From Bugula neritina (taxonomy: Eukaryota; Animalia; Bryozoa), in assembly GCA_964035545.1 (NCBI GenBank), contig OZ037773.1, positions 10,135,751-10,199,750 of the forward strand: 64,000 bases of DNA, written 5' to 3'. This document shows, piece after piece, positions 1 to 13,446 of this stretch. Numbering within the stretch: position 1 is the first letter of the stretch; each line of letters starts with the position of its first letter. Under the pieces are notes generated by a model. It was not told the DNA's origin and made no database searches. It was given only the letters and a program-made list of their open reading frames with translations. The position numbers and the translations under genes were made by a program.

Positions 1-693
1 CAGAGAAGATACAGATCCTGTGAGACTAAACCTTCTGGCGGATATGGAAAAGACATCAACAGATGTGTTGGAAGTAACTATAGTAGACGAATGTGTAACA
101 TTCAATGCTGCCAAGGTGAGCTCTTGAAACTTTTTGTGCAATTCACTTATAAAAGTCTGTAGTAGAGAGAATGTTTATTAAAAGTTTTATCATTTTATAT
201 TTGGGAGCCTATTTAATACCAAGTTGTTCATTAAAGTAATGTTATATCATAGGTTGCACTAAACTCTTGACTTAAAGGTAAATAAATTTTTGGTCAAGTA
301 TCATTTTAAAATTTTGACGACTGTAAAATTTATCTAAAAATAGTTATCAACCGGCAATTGAAAGATGAATACGATTTAACAATATAATAAATAACAATAA
401 ACATAATATATAACGTAATGCAATGTGATAAGTCTCATGATAATAATATACTTGAACATCCTTGTCGCTGTGTGAAGAGAATAAAAATTATTTGAACTGC
501 TGTAGTTGATGGAGTGTGGAGTGACTGGTCTAACTGGGTGAGTAGGAAGGAAGTAGTTTATAAGCGGATGAGGACAAGATACTGTAGATATGAAAGTCCT
601 CACTGCCGAGGGAAACCCTGTGTTGGTGCTGACCAACAGACTCAAAGTGGCACTGGCCGTATTGAAGATTATCGAGGACCAGGCAAGAAGTAA
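1..693 (+). CDS. Family A secreted TSR (thrombospondin type-1) protein, copy A1; 5' part outside window; exons <1..115, 506..693
   Basis: Exon 1..115 reads QRRYRSCETKPSGGYGKDINRCVGSNYSRRMCNIQCCQ, then GTGAG donor. After the TGTAG acceptor: VDGVWSDWSNWVSRKEVVYKRMRTRYCRYESPHCRGKPCVGADQQTQSGTGRIEDYRGPGKK*. Phase-1 intron; WxxWxxW and RxRxC TSR motifs. Confidence 0.88.
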
Positions 694-1407
694 TCTTCCA
701 TGCTATGGTGGCAAGCAACTGAACGAAGAGAAATTCTATAGAATTAAAATTAGTTTGTTTTGATAACAAGCCCTTTCTATGTCACTATATGAAACTTTAT
801 TGCATAATTTGTTTACTTTTTATGTTATGCTAGACATTTCTCATCAATAAAAAAAATGGCTTATACTGCTAGTGAATTCGTCTATGACCTATTTGTTAAA
901 GGTCAGCTAAGTATAAACTCACATCCTATTCACCAACAGTTATAATAGCTGTCTCCACATGCTGACATATTGTCTAGGAACATTATATAGTCTGCACTTT
1001 GAAATACATGCAAATGCACTCAGAAAATCATAACTGCACTGCAAGTCAGTAAGAACTTGTTCTCTTTCCAAACTGTGAAAGTTTTCATATCTCAAACACA
1101 TAAAAGTCCAGCTCGACCATCAGTTTCCTTGTCCTCCAAACGTCATGATTAGTTATTTGTACAGTAATCAAGCAGCAAATATCCTCCAAAGATGTGCCAA
1201 CTTTCTAAATCACCATATGAACATAAATTACTTACAAGAGTGAGAAATATTACACTTTGTTGAAAAAGTTTCTGCAAGTTCTACAAATTTGATTTTGTTT
1301 ATTATAGGTGTGTGAGTGTATGTAAAGGCAAAAGCAAGCAGTTTACTATACTATTCAGTACGGCTACCCAAGTTGATAATGCTTTTAGCTAAAAAGTGTT
1401 TAACAAA

Positions 1408-1588
<181 letters not shown>

Positions 1589-3738
1589 TATTTCAGAGGT
1601 TTCTAAAAATGAACTTTGTGGCATATCATTGCATTGCTGACTACAGTCTTTAAAATATTAGCTGATAACTCTTTGATGTTTTAAAAATTGTTTATATAAC
1701 AACCAAACTATCAACATCACGTATAAAACAGCCAGGCCGATGAACTTGTGAGATTAAGATCCAATCAGATTTTGATAAATTTATAGCCAGCAAACTTGTT
1801 TGAATCTTCGATTTATTTATATGTCAAAATTTCAAAGCAATAAAGTGATGAGAAATTTCTATCTAAATATAATCTGAAAAGTACAAAGGTAGTTTAGCTA
1901 AGAATGTATTATTCTACTCCTCAAAATGAGGTTGTTTGTCACGAACAGCTTCATTTAAAGCTACATTTGTTGTAATATTTACACAGTTTATGCAAAATTT
2001 GGAGTTACCTTTTCTTGTTGTTTTAGCTGATCAATCGCTTATTTTTGGCTTTGAATTTTTATGTCGGCTATTACAAGACACTAAACAGATGTGAAGTATG
2101 TTTTACATCTGCATTCTTGTTATGTTGTTAAACAACATTTTGCAGAAATATATACTGATCAATTGATATTCTGTTTTTGAAAAATATAGTCACTTCCTGT
2201 TTGACAAACTGTAGTGCTTGATTAAAACGATTTGAAGATGAAAACTAAGCTACAAATAATTGCTAGATAAATAGACATCTAAAGAATAAAACAACATTTA
2301 CCTGTTTTAGTTTGCTGAAAAATTTAAGATCTTTTTACTGCGTCATCATCTGTACATGAACACAAGCATATTACATTGCTCAATATGATAAGCTATTTTA
2401 AGTATATGTAAAAATTCTGCTGCCTTCTCTCAGCTATAGGTGATAATGCTTTAAAGTTTAGCTGAGATACTTTAAATTATAAATTTGTAATTTTTTCTCA
2501 GCTACTTTGTGTACATATATTTTACCTATTATATAATGGATAAGTCATTGCACTTACAAGTAAACACAAATGCACATAAATTCTTCATCTAACATATCAT
2601 ATTTTATTGTAAATTACAATTGACTGTGAAGAAATGTTTTTGCAGCTGTTTTGAATTAGCATATTAATAAGCATAGGCTATTGGTATCAAAGAACTTGGC
2701 AACCACACGCTCACATAACAAAAACAAAACTAAATAATTCCAAAAGCACCAAGTCATTTCAGACAGAATATAGATTGATAATGTGTCATAATATGTTGCA
2801 TTCTAAGAAATATTGTGGCAATTTTTCTTAGAATAAACAAGTCATGCCACTTTGAAGAATTGATAGTAAATAAAATATTTTTAGCAAAAAAGTTTTAATA
2901 TAACCACATATGCACAGGTCATTGCCTTTCACACTTCAAATGTCAATTCAAATGTCAATGACTTAGTAAATAACTGGTTTGATCTAAATATTACAAACAG
3001 AGAAAATAATCAGATAAATACTTGATTATATTGTCAGTTGTTTTTTACGATAAACTGTATTGAACAGGTTGGTTACATGATGTATATTCTAGCATATGAC
3101 ATCAACAAATAAGTTTAATATTCCACATAAAAATATAATCTAATCAATTGTTTTGTAGTTTTAATTAACTGCTAATAAAATAATTCTGTCTATAAGTTGC
3201 TGAACCAAAACATATCTTTCTATTTAGATTAATTTTGTGTGCTCAATATCTTTATAGTTATAAAATGTAAAACATTATATAAACAGCAAAATATATTGGA
3301 GTAAAAACTTACAGTTTATGCAAAGACACACCATTTGACAAGAGTTTCCTGGTATAACGATCCCATATTTATAAAATCAATACTGATCAAATTCAGCATG
3401 TTGAGTCAAGCTGATTACATGGGTCTTGCACTAAAAGCAATAAAGCAATTTGAATATACCTAAATTTGAGTAGTTACATATAACTTTTATGAAGATGTGA
3501 TATAGAATAATGTCTAAAGCTTTTACTAGGTAAACAACCCCATTTCTGTACTTCTTATAAATTATAATTAATTAATTGCTTAGATTTTCTGGCATATAAA
3601 TAAATCAAACATCCAAGTTGATTAAATCTTATAAAAATGATTCAAATATATAAATAATAAATTCTGAAGGTAAATGAAATATTGTAATTGATGAAGCAAA
3701 TGTCGTGTGACAGTATATCAAAACAGTAATTTACAGAG

Positions 3739-3746
3739 TATATAAA
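3739..3746 (+). promoter_or_regulatory. TATA box of copy A2
   Basis: TATATAAA about 75 nt upstream of the ATG at 3816; the same context recurs at 19962-19969 before paralog A7. Confidence 0.65.
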
Positions 3747-3815
3747 GCCAACTTCAAATCTCTTCTTTATTATTACCTGTTTGTACTTCACAGTGGAATA
3801 AATATAAGAAAGAGA

Positions 3816-5541
3816 ATGGGTAAGTCAATTTTATGTATGAAAACTTATTTCACTTTGAAAAACTTTACACTTAGATGTTAGTAAACCTGTTATTATAGTG
3901 ATTACACATTACAGTGTTTGGTTTTGAAGATAAATTTAATGCCTTATAATTTATCTAATCATTTTAATTTAACATTTTAGATTCCAAAGTTGTTTTTGTT
4001 TTGACGCTGGCCCTATGCATCATATGTAAGTACTGATATCAAAGTTTTGCAAACAAATAGAATTATAAATTATAGTCAATCATGATTTTTAAATGAAGGT
4101 AATATGAATTTAATTAATTTTGTAAAAGGATTGTAGTTACAGTTATCCAACCTAGTACTTTCTATGTATATGTATACATTTGTTCAAATACTGCTAATTG
4201 TTTATTTAAATAGCATGAAGCCTAGATTGTTTTAGTTTGCACTTCATCCGTAAGTTGAGTTTTCTACAATATTCATTAGGATAAGCAAAATAGTAGAGAT
4301 TATTTTCTATAGTTCACGTCTTTTTTTATATTAATATAATTATGGATATAGTGACATTATATACTTTAACTTTTATAGGCTCTTTGACAGAAGGGTATCG
4401 CACATACAGCAGAAGTAAGTTGTCATACTTTTAACTTGAATAACTAAAATCTATGATTGTTGTATTTACACTAGTCAATTAGCATAGTTTAAACCTATTG
4501 TCTTATAATGCATATATAAATATTATTCATGTTATTTTTAAAAAAAAATGTATTATTTCAATTATTATTTGTTTGAACAAAAAAGTCATTTCAATTGAAT
4601 TGAAAAATATTATGTTTATATTCATTGAAATTCAATACCTAAATATGCAGATGTAAGGATTAGAGGTTATGACGGAGAAGATTACAACCGATCACATGGC
4701 CACTATCGTCATAGAGGTTAGTTTCTAACATGTTATACCAAATAATGGTGTGTATTGTTACTCCTAACTTTTATATATAGCAGTTACATCCATGTTTACT
4801 GATCGTGAGTTGTGGTTATATGTCTAATCTACAGTAACAAGCAATTGGGGCCAATGGGGAGAATATGGAGCATGTAGTGTGACATGTGGTGGTGGAGAAC
4901 AGAGAAGATACAGATCCTGTGAGACTAAACCTTATGGTAGATATGGAAGAGACATTAACAGATGTGTTGGAAGTAGCTATAGCAAACGCATGTGTAACAC
5001 TCAGTGCTGTGCAGGTAAACTGTTACCTCATTATTTCTACATGTATAATATGTTTATTTTATTGATTAGGCATAATTATATAACACATAAATCCTATTCT
5101 CTGTTACAGTCAGCAGGCAAATTTAACCAAATGAGAATGTCACCGTATTAACTTATGGTAACCTCATAAATGTAACTTACAATTTTTATTCGTGATCACA
5201 TTGAGTAAAACGAATATAATAAAAATAATATCTTTAAAACATAATATAAAATACAAAGTGCGTGACATATAGTATGGAAGATATAAAACATGCAATAAAA
5301 GTTGCATGACATGTACATAATATATAATAACATGTAACAATATATTGCTGTAGTTGATGGAGTGTGGAGTGACTGGTCTAGCTGGGTGAGTAGGAAAGAT
5401 GAATGTTACAAACAGATGAGGGCAAGATACTGTAGATATGAGAATCCTCACTGCCGAGGGAAACCGTGTGTTGGTGCTGACAAACAAACCCAGAGTGCTA
5501 ATGGCAACATTGGAGACTATCGAAGACCAGGCAAAAAGTAA
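3816..5541 (+). CDS. Family A secreted TSR protein A2, 172 aa; exons 3816..3819, 3981..4025, 4379..4414, 4651..4716, 4835..5014, 5354..5541
   Basis: All introns are GT-AG and phase 1; spliced ORF is open. MDSKVVFVLTLALCIICSLTEG (signal peptide), YRTYSRNVRIRGYDGEDYNRSHGHYRHR, TSR1 (WGQWGEYGACSVTCGGGEQRRYRSC...CNTQCC), TSR2 (VDGVWSDWSSW...), ending DYRRPGKK*. Confidence 0.9.
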
Positions 5542-6927
5542 TATCCCATGCTATGGTGGTGCTGACAAACAAACCCAGAGTGCTTCTGGCAACACTGGAG
5601 GCAAGAAATAACCCTTTCTTCTGTAATGGTGGACAACTGATTTCTCCTGGATTATTTTATTTTAAAATATTACCATGATTATATAAGGATAAAAAAGTAA
5701 TTTCTTCAAAAGACCAATTTTCTTTAAAATGAGGATATTTTGTGTTTTGGCTGTTTTTAAATCCAAGTTTATTTCACAAAATAAATGTTCAAAAACATAC
5801 AAAGTTTAACTCACTTTTTATACTAGATTGTTTCCTCCTACATTCCAACACCAATAAAATCTATGTTTTATCAGTTAGCTTTTCTAGATCTTAGACAAGG
5901 ATAACATACAATATAGTATCTGGATTATGTTATCAATTTTATAACACGAGAAAAAAAAATCATACAGCTGAGGCAGTATTCTTCGGCTTAAAAACTCTAA
6001 CATGTTGTTGCTCTACAGTAGGTGAAAAAAAGGCTAAATTTTTCTAATATGAGCAATTACTAAGAAAATTGTTGACAGCTTTAATTAGGCAAGTCTTATA
6101 CTATTTTGAGTTCTTGTTTATTTTTATTTCAAACAAATTTAGACGATTAATGCCAATGACTTAGCTGTATATAAACTGCACATGTTATTTTTGTTGTATG
6201 TTCATTATTAGTAAAAGTAATTGTAATTGCAAATCAATTCATGAAATTTCATGCAATGTAATTATATGTCACATTTTGCAAAAAATAATATTTCTATTAC
6301 TTGTTGTTTATTAAAATTACCTGCGTTGTGTAAGCTAGTATAGAGAGAGCTATTTGAATAAGCTTATTTATTATATAGTATTACCTATAACTGCCTAGAA
6401 CTGAAAATCATTTTATATAATTATAGAATATTGTGCCATATTTTCCGTGGAATAGATTAATACCCTTTGCATATAATCACAGCTACTTTGATCCCCTATA
6501 TAGTCAAAATGATAACAAAGTTTTGACATAATCGGAAAAACACTTCATTAAATAATTAATAAATGTACATATAAAAACAAACTTATTTTACCAATTATCT
6601 GATTGAAAATTGTGTAGTATTTAAGTATTAATAAAGGAGGTCGACACATAATTTAATGCTGAACAGAGTTCATTATGTATTGTAAAAAAATAGCTGCTAA
6701 TTTATGAAAACATAACTAACTCGTTTGGTATAATGCTAACTCATTCTAACACCCATATAAACATATCTAAATAAAATAATATAGGACTATGCTTAAATAT
6801 TCTAATCTTAGATTAAAAAGCTTTCAGTTTTTAGTTTGCTTTGTTGTTATAGGCTGCTAATGCTTTTGCAAGCCAAACCTATATATACTATTATAAACAA
6901 ACTGAAGCATCAATATTGTAAGTTTGC

Positions 6928-7114
6928 AGTGAGGACATTCTAGACAAAAAAACGGTGCCGATATACTCAGTGGGTTCAGAGGTCAAACATGGTGGCATAT
7001 TATTAAAATATATTTAAAAAATCTGTGAGGCCACTGACTCCTTTATTATTACTATTTCCACATGAATTGGATGATTGCATAAACTAATAAATAAACTGTG
7101 ATGAAAGGAATTTA
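6928..7114 (+). promoter_or_regulatory. Conserved upstream block of copies A3/A4/A5 (candidate enhancer) containing DR1-like GGTTCAgAGGTCA at 6973-6985
   Basis: Near-identical copies at ~9577-9762 (+) and ~15458-15645 (-), partial at ~18520-18597 (-), each a few hundred bp upstream of a family A ATG; the flanking DNA is visibly more diverged. Confidence 0.45.
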
Positions 7115-7422
7115 CCCGCAAGTCATGGGTTATTATTCTTTGACTGGTTTGCGTAATGAAAGGGTTGTGTCCGTTGAAATTGGCCCATGATCCTAAAAGT
7201 ATAGCATCAAAGCAAATATGTATCAAATTTTTCACCTATTTCACAAAAATAACCAAACCATTTCCAATAAACTTTCAAATGGCTGATTTTGCAATGACTT
7301 AAACAATTTATGTTTTCTTTTGATTGATTCTTTCAAAGTATCTAAAAGCAAATGACCAAACTGTGTTTTACTGTCTCTGTCCATCCACTTGACGAGAGAA
7401 GCAGCTAACAAAGCAGCTAACT

Positions 7423-8530
7423 ATGGGTGAGATATAGTGATTATCGTATTTTCACATATGAGTTTTTTTATTGATATATATATATATATATATATTTGTT
7501 TATTTGTGTTGCTATAAACAAACATGCACTAAACTGTTAAATATTTTATCAATATGTGCGGAACCTTTACATAACACATATATTATACAACTTACTAACT
7601 TACTAACCTGTAGTATATATTAATGTACATAAAGCTTATACGTTTTTATATAATGGCATCATTTGATTATTTTTGTTTATGTATTTTTGATTAACTTTTT
7701 AGCCATGAAAATATTGCTATTCCTCTCTCTGTCTTCAGTTTTATGTAAGTATAGTTGCTAATTTCACTTATGTCTTGGATGATTACTTTATTTATACATC
7801 CATAATTTATTTTGAATTTGGAAGGAAAAACCTATTTTTGGTGTGTATAACACTTATATACCTCTTTGTATATAAAGTTCTCACATTATAATATTCGAAT
7901 GTTTAGGTGGGTTGACAGAGGGCTATGGTTTACCACCCAATTGGCTAAACAGTAATTATTACAGAGGCGGTAAGTTGTCATATGCTCTTCATTGTGGTCT
8001 GTGTTTGCCATTTTCACATAAATAAACTTCAGGCTTGCTGTGTGTTCTTATTTGCATACTTTAGCATGAAGTTTATTATTTGAACAAATGCAGAGAGTAA
8101 TTTTATCTTCTTGTGTTTTAAATTCGTTTAAATTAAACATTTAACCATTCAGATGTGAGGATTAGAGGTTATGGCAGAGGATATCATGGTAGACCACATG
8201 GCAGCTATAATCATCATAGAGGTTAGTTTCTAACATGTTATACCAAATAATAATGTGTATTGTTACTCCTAACTTTTATATATAGCAGTTACATCTATGT
8301 TTACTGATCGTGAGCTTTGGTGATATTTCTAATCTACAGTAATACGTGAATGGGGCCAATGGGGAAATTATGGAGCATGTAGTGTGACATGTGGTGGTGG
8401 AGAACAGAGAAGATACAGATCCTGTGAGACTAAACCTTATGGTAGATATGGAAGAGACATTAACAGATGTGTTGAAAGTAACTATAGCAGACGCATGTGT
8501 AACACTCAGTGCTGTGTGGGTAAGCTCTAA
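7423..8530 (+). CDS. Family A copy A3, lacking the terminal TSR2 exon (truncated gene or pseudogene); exons 7423..7426, 7703..7744, 7907..7969, 8153..8221, 8340..8519
   Basis: MAMKILLFLSLSSVLCGLTEG-YGLPPNWLNSNYYRGDVRIRGYGRGYHGRPHGSYNHHR-TSR1 is open. The expected acceptor TGAACTGCTGTAG reads TGAACTGCTGTAT at 8821-8833 and is followed by 3'-flank sequence. Read-through of the donor ends CCVGKL* at 8530. Confidence 0.75.
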
Positions 8531-10064
8531 GTGAACTTTGCTGCAAAATTATTCTATGAAAAAAATTTTAGTATAAAATTAGTATACTTATTTAGGAATT
8601 TATTATTATAGAAATGTGCATGAGAGGCTATTTAGCACCAAAGCGCATTAAAATAATTTTAAATGCAGGTAATAATAAACCGATCATTATAGCTTTGGCT
8701 TATTACAACTTTTCTTGTAAATATATTTCAGAAATTTTAGATACACCGCTATGTGAGAAGCTTTACAAGTTAAAACATTTAAACATAATCATCATGAGTA
8801 GACAGGTTAAAAATAGTTCTTGAACTGCTGTATTTTGTTATTGTTTTTCGCAAACCTCAACTTGTAATAATATATGTCATTACACATTCTCATGCAAGTC
8901 AATAACTGTGACAAATTGCTGTTCATTTAATTATGTTAGTAACAAATACACAGTAGTAGTGCATGTTACAATTGTTAAGCAAACCATTATTTATGCAATT
9001 TTTAGAAAAAAAAATTGAAGCTAAGTAATTTTATTTAAAAATATAACTGGGGAAGTATATTATATCATAATCCATAAGAGTTACAAGATATTTCGGTCTG
9101 CTGATTGAAATTATAACAATTTTTTAACATATTATAGGCTTATACTGTTAATAATTATAATAATTATTTGGTACAATTAGTTTGAGCTATACAAAATAAT
9201 TTAGTATATGCTACATATGACTCAACCCACCACCCACACAGGACCACATGCAGCGTTAAAAAGTGACCATGCTACATCTAACCCAATTTGTGAAAATAAG
9301 AAGACAGATATTTTAATACTGTAAACAGAGTTCTTTGTATTGCAAAAAAAGCTGCCATTCAAGAAAATGTAACTTTATCTTTTGGTATAATGCCAACACA
9401 TCCAAACACCCGTAATTATATGCCAATTATAAATATTAATGAATTATACTAAAATATTCTAATCTTGGAATAAAATATATTTTAGTTTGTAGCATAAGTT
9501 CTGTTTTTGTTACAAAACCTGCATATAATATCATATTACAATTGCAAGGATCAAATGTAAATGTTGTAAAGTTTACAGTGAGGACATTCTAGACAAAAAA
9601 CAGATGCAGGTATACTCAGTAGGTTCAGAGGTCAAACATGGTGACATATTATTAAAATATATTTAAAAAATCTGTGAGGCCACTGACTCCTTTATTGTTA
9701 CTATTTCCACATGAATTGGTTGATTGCATAAACTAATAAATAAACTGTGATGAAAGGAATTTATACTGTCAATTTGTGATTTATATATATATATAATTCC
9801 TTTATTGTATCTTTTGAAATTGGCTCATGATTCTGAAATTTCAAACATATTTTATTAAGCCATACAAAATATTGTCAAGTATTCTTTCAAATGATTCACA
9901 TTGTGCAATGCATCTAACAGTTTGTCACTTTCAATTGATTGTTTATATAGCTGTTAATTGATTCTTTGAAAGTATACGTAGAAAATTAGATAATAAAAAT
10001 GTGTTTTATCATTTCTGTCTATCCTCTTGACTAGTGAAGCAGTGAACAAAGCAAAGCACACTAT

Positions 10065-11663
10065 ATGGGTGAGTTACTGTCAATATAGTTATATCAGCTA
10101 TAAATACTTTGCTTGTTATATGTTGCTAACAAACATACTAAAAAAAATTTAGTACCTGTTGCTTTATTTCAACATTTCTTTTATTACTGTATACACTTTT
10201 ACACATCACTATAACAATTTGCTTTATATTGAGATAAGTTGTTAAATATTTTATCAATATTTGCTGAATCGTTATGCAAAACATATATGCAAACTATTTA
10301 CCGCCATTATATAATATAACTCATATACATGAACTGTAGTTATTATTATAGTTATACAACATTCTATACTCTTTTCATAAACTTGTAGCCATGAAAATAC
10401 TGATTTTCCTCTCCTTGGTTTTATTTCTATGTAAGTACATTTGCTAAGTTTACTTTTGCTTTGGGTGATCTATACATAATATATATTACGTATTATTCAA
10501 ATTAAAATATGATGCTTAGAAAGCTGTGATGCTGAAAGCCATTATTTTTTAGTATATAATACAATCCTGAATTTGTAACTTAACCTAATATAATCTGATT
10601 ACATTTGAATATTCAGGTTCACTGACAGAAGGTTATGGCAGAGGTTACTTATATAACCCCCAACATGGCAACTATCATCATAGTGGTGAGTTTTTATACT
10701 CCTAATGTTTACATATATTTACACAATCCGACTACGTAACGTTCAAGAACCTAAACTCTACTCAGTTTCTATTTTTATATAATTGGTGCTTATCTTTACT
10801 CATGAAAGTGATGTTCATATTTATTGATCATGAGTTGTGGTAATTTTTCTAATCTACAGTATTAATGCATGAATGGAGCCAATGGAGAGAATATGGAGCA
10901 TGTAGTGTGACATGTGGTGGTGGAGAACAGAGAAGATACAGATCCTGTGAGACTAAATCTTCTGGTGGACATGGAAGAGACATCAACAGATGTGTTGGAA
11001 GTAACTATAGCAAACGCATGTGTAACACTCAGTGCTGTGCTGGTAAGCTCTTGAAACTTTTTGTGCAAATCATTTATAAAAGTCTGTATTAGAAAAAATG
11101 TCTAGTAGAGGTTTTATCTTTATATATTTGAGAGCCTATTTAACACCAATTTGCTCATTAAAGTAATGTTATATTATCCGTTGCACTAAACTTATAACTT
11201 TAAAGTATATAAATTTTTGGTCAATTATCACTAAATTTTTTAAACTTTGATTACTGTAAAATTTCTCTGAAAATAAATATCAACTGGAAATTTAAAAAAT
11301 AAATAAAACCTAACAATATAATAACAATATAGATAATTCAACAACATAATATATAACAATGGATATATAGTATATATAGCATTATAGAATGTGAGAGGTT
11401 TTACAATATTATATATTTGAATATCGTTGCCATTGTGCGTAAACATAATGAAAATTATTGGAATTGCTGTAGTTGATGGAGTGTGGAGTGACTGGTCTAG
11501 CTGGGTGAGTAGGAAAGATGAATGTTACAAACAGATGAGGACAAGATACTGTAGATATGAGAATCCTCACTGCCGAGGGAAACCCTGTGTTGGTGCTGAC
11601 AAACAAACCCAGAGTGCTTCTGGCAGCATTGGAGATTATATAGATATAAATAATTTTAAATAA
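10065..11663 (+). CDS. Family A secreted TSR protein A4, 162 aa; exons 10065..10068, 10389..10430, 10617..10685, 10860..11042, 11473..11663
   Basis: Phase-1 GT-AG introns, open frame: MAMKILIFLSLVLFLCSLTEG-YGRGYLYNPQHGNYHHS-TSR1-TSR2, ending SGSIGDYIDINNFK* (no GKK). Confidence 0.88.
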
Positions 11664-12661
11664 TCTCTTGGTTTTAATTCTACATAATTAAAACCTCTAT
11701 GTAACAATAAAACTTTATTACGGCATTTGCTGATTTTCCTATGTTATGGTAGATTTTTTGTCATCAATAAAAGACATTTGCTACTGCAAGTAAATTCATA
11801 TAAGACTTATTTGCTTAAAGTCAATCAAGTATAAGTTTACATCTTACTTATCAACAGTTATAAGAGTTATCACCACATGCTGATATAATATATTCAAACA
11901 ATAGACTGCACTTTGGAATACATGCAAACGCAGTGCAAGTCAGTAATGACTTGTTCCCTTACCAAACTATTAGAGTTTTTATATGGTCTCAAACACATAA
12001 GAGTTTAGCTTGTCAGTTTCCGTGTCAACCTATCTTTATCATTAGTTACATGTATAATATATAGCATGTGTTATATTTTGTTTAGGTTCTTGCTCATATG
12101 CTGCAGCAATGGCCTATCAATTTATAATAAACAAAAAATTTTACTGGTTTTATACCTGCCTATAATTAAAGCTGTCTGTCAAAATATCTTTATTAATCAT
12201 GCTTTGAAAAAATTAATGCTGTTTTCACCTGTAGTTTAACATTATAAGTTTTTATGCTCACTAATACTGCCATGAAATATACCTCTCATTTTTATGGATC
12301 TGCAATATAACATAATCTATAAACTAAATTGTATGTTAGCTTGTCTAGCAAAACTAATTGAGAAAATATACATTTTATTAGTGTTGAGATGCAGGAGAGG
12401 GCTCAACCCCCCCCCCCCCCTTCCTCGACAATCTAGTATAACAAGTGAGTCAAACTTTATGTTCCTGAGCATTTATTTTGTAAAATAAATTTACATTCAA
12501 AAACAGCAAAACACAAAAACAACTCCTATTTAAATGAGATAAGCAATTATATAGTTTTTATAGAACTGGTGCAATTTAGAACAAAATAATTTGGCAAAAG
12601 TCTCTCTTGTTTATGCAAAATGTTCTCGGTCGTCTACAGCATCACAAATGAAGACATTATA

Positions 12662-12836
12662 CTAATCTTTGCCAGGAAATTGTAATCTCTAACGCTACCA
12701 TTAGCACTCTTGGTTTGTTTGTCAGTTTCCCTCGGCAGTGATGATTCTCATATCTACAGTATATTGTCCTCATCTGCTTGTAGCACTTGTCTGTTCGACT
12801 AACCCCCTCTAGACGACTGGCCCCACCATCCATCAA
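12662..12836 (-). pseudogene. Degenerate orphan copy of the family A terminal (TSR2) exon
   Basis: Reverse strand has a GCTGTAG acceptor, then VDGWWGQSSR../VSRTDKCYKQMRTIYCRYENHHCRGK/DKQTKSANGSVRDY with frameshifts and loss of PCVGA. Confidence 0.8.
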
Positions 12837-13446
12837 CTACAGCATTTCACAACAAACTTACTCTGTTTACATAATAGCAGATGTATTCTAGTAGAGCAAG
12901 GCCTCTATAGCACAATATTATGTTATATAATACATTTATTGGTATATGCTAAACATAGGGTATATAATTATCATTAATTTGACTTATACTTGTATTAACT
13001 TTGTCGCATGCAATCTCTATCACTCAGGTCTACTTTACACAGATATTTGTATAAGCAAAGTGTAATGCTACAGAAATCAAGTGTTGTATATTTATTATTA
13101 ACAAAATAAGATTAAAAGCAGTTTGTCACACTTATTGACTTGAGGATGTGTAATGACATATTATTACAAGTCGAGGTTTTATATGTTTTAGAAAAATAAT
13201 AGTAACAGATATGAGTTTATTGTGTTTATAGAAGAAAGTGGTTTCACAGGTTTGATTAGGTCTCTTAGAATAAAGAATTATTTTATTATAGCAAAACACA
13301 AATCAGTAGATATACAAATTAATTAGCAAAATTGCTTTTGTCAGCAAAATTTATTTAGAAAATAGCATCAAAAACTTTTTCTACCGATTTTATGAAGGCT
13401 GCAGTTTTTATAGCTGCCATCTTTATATATAGCATGGAAAAAAAGA

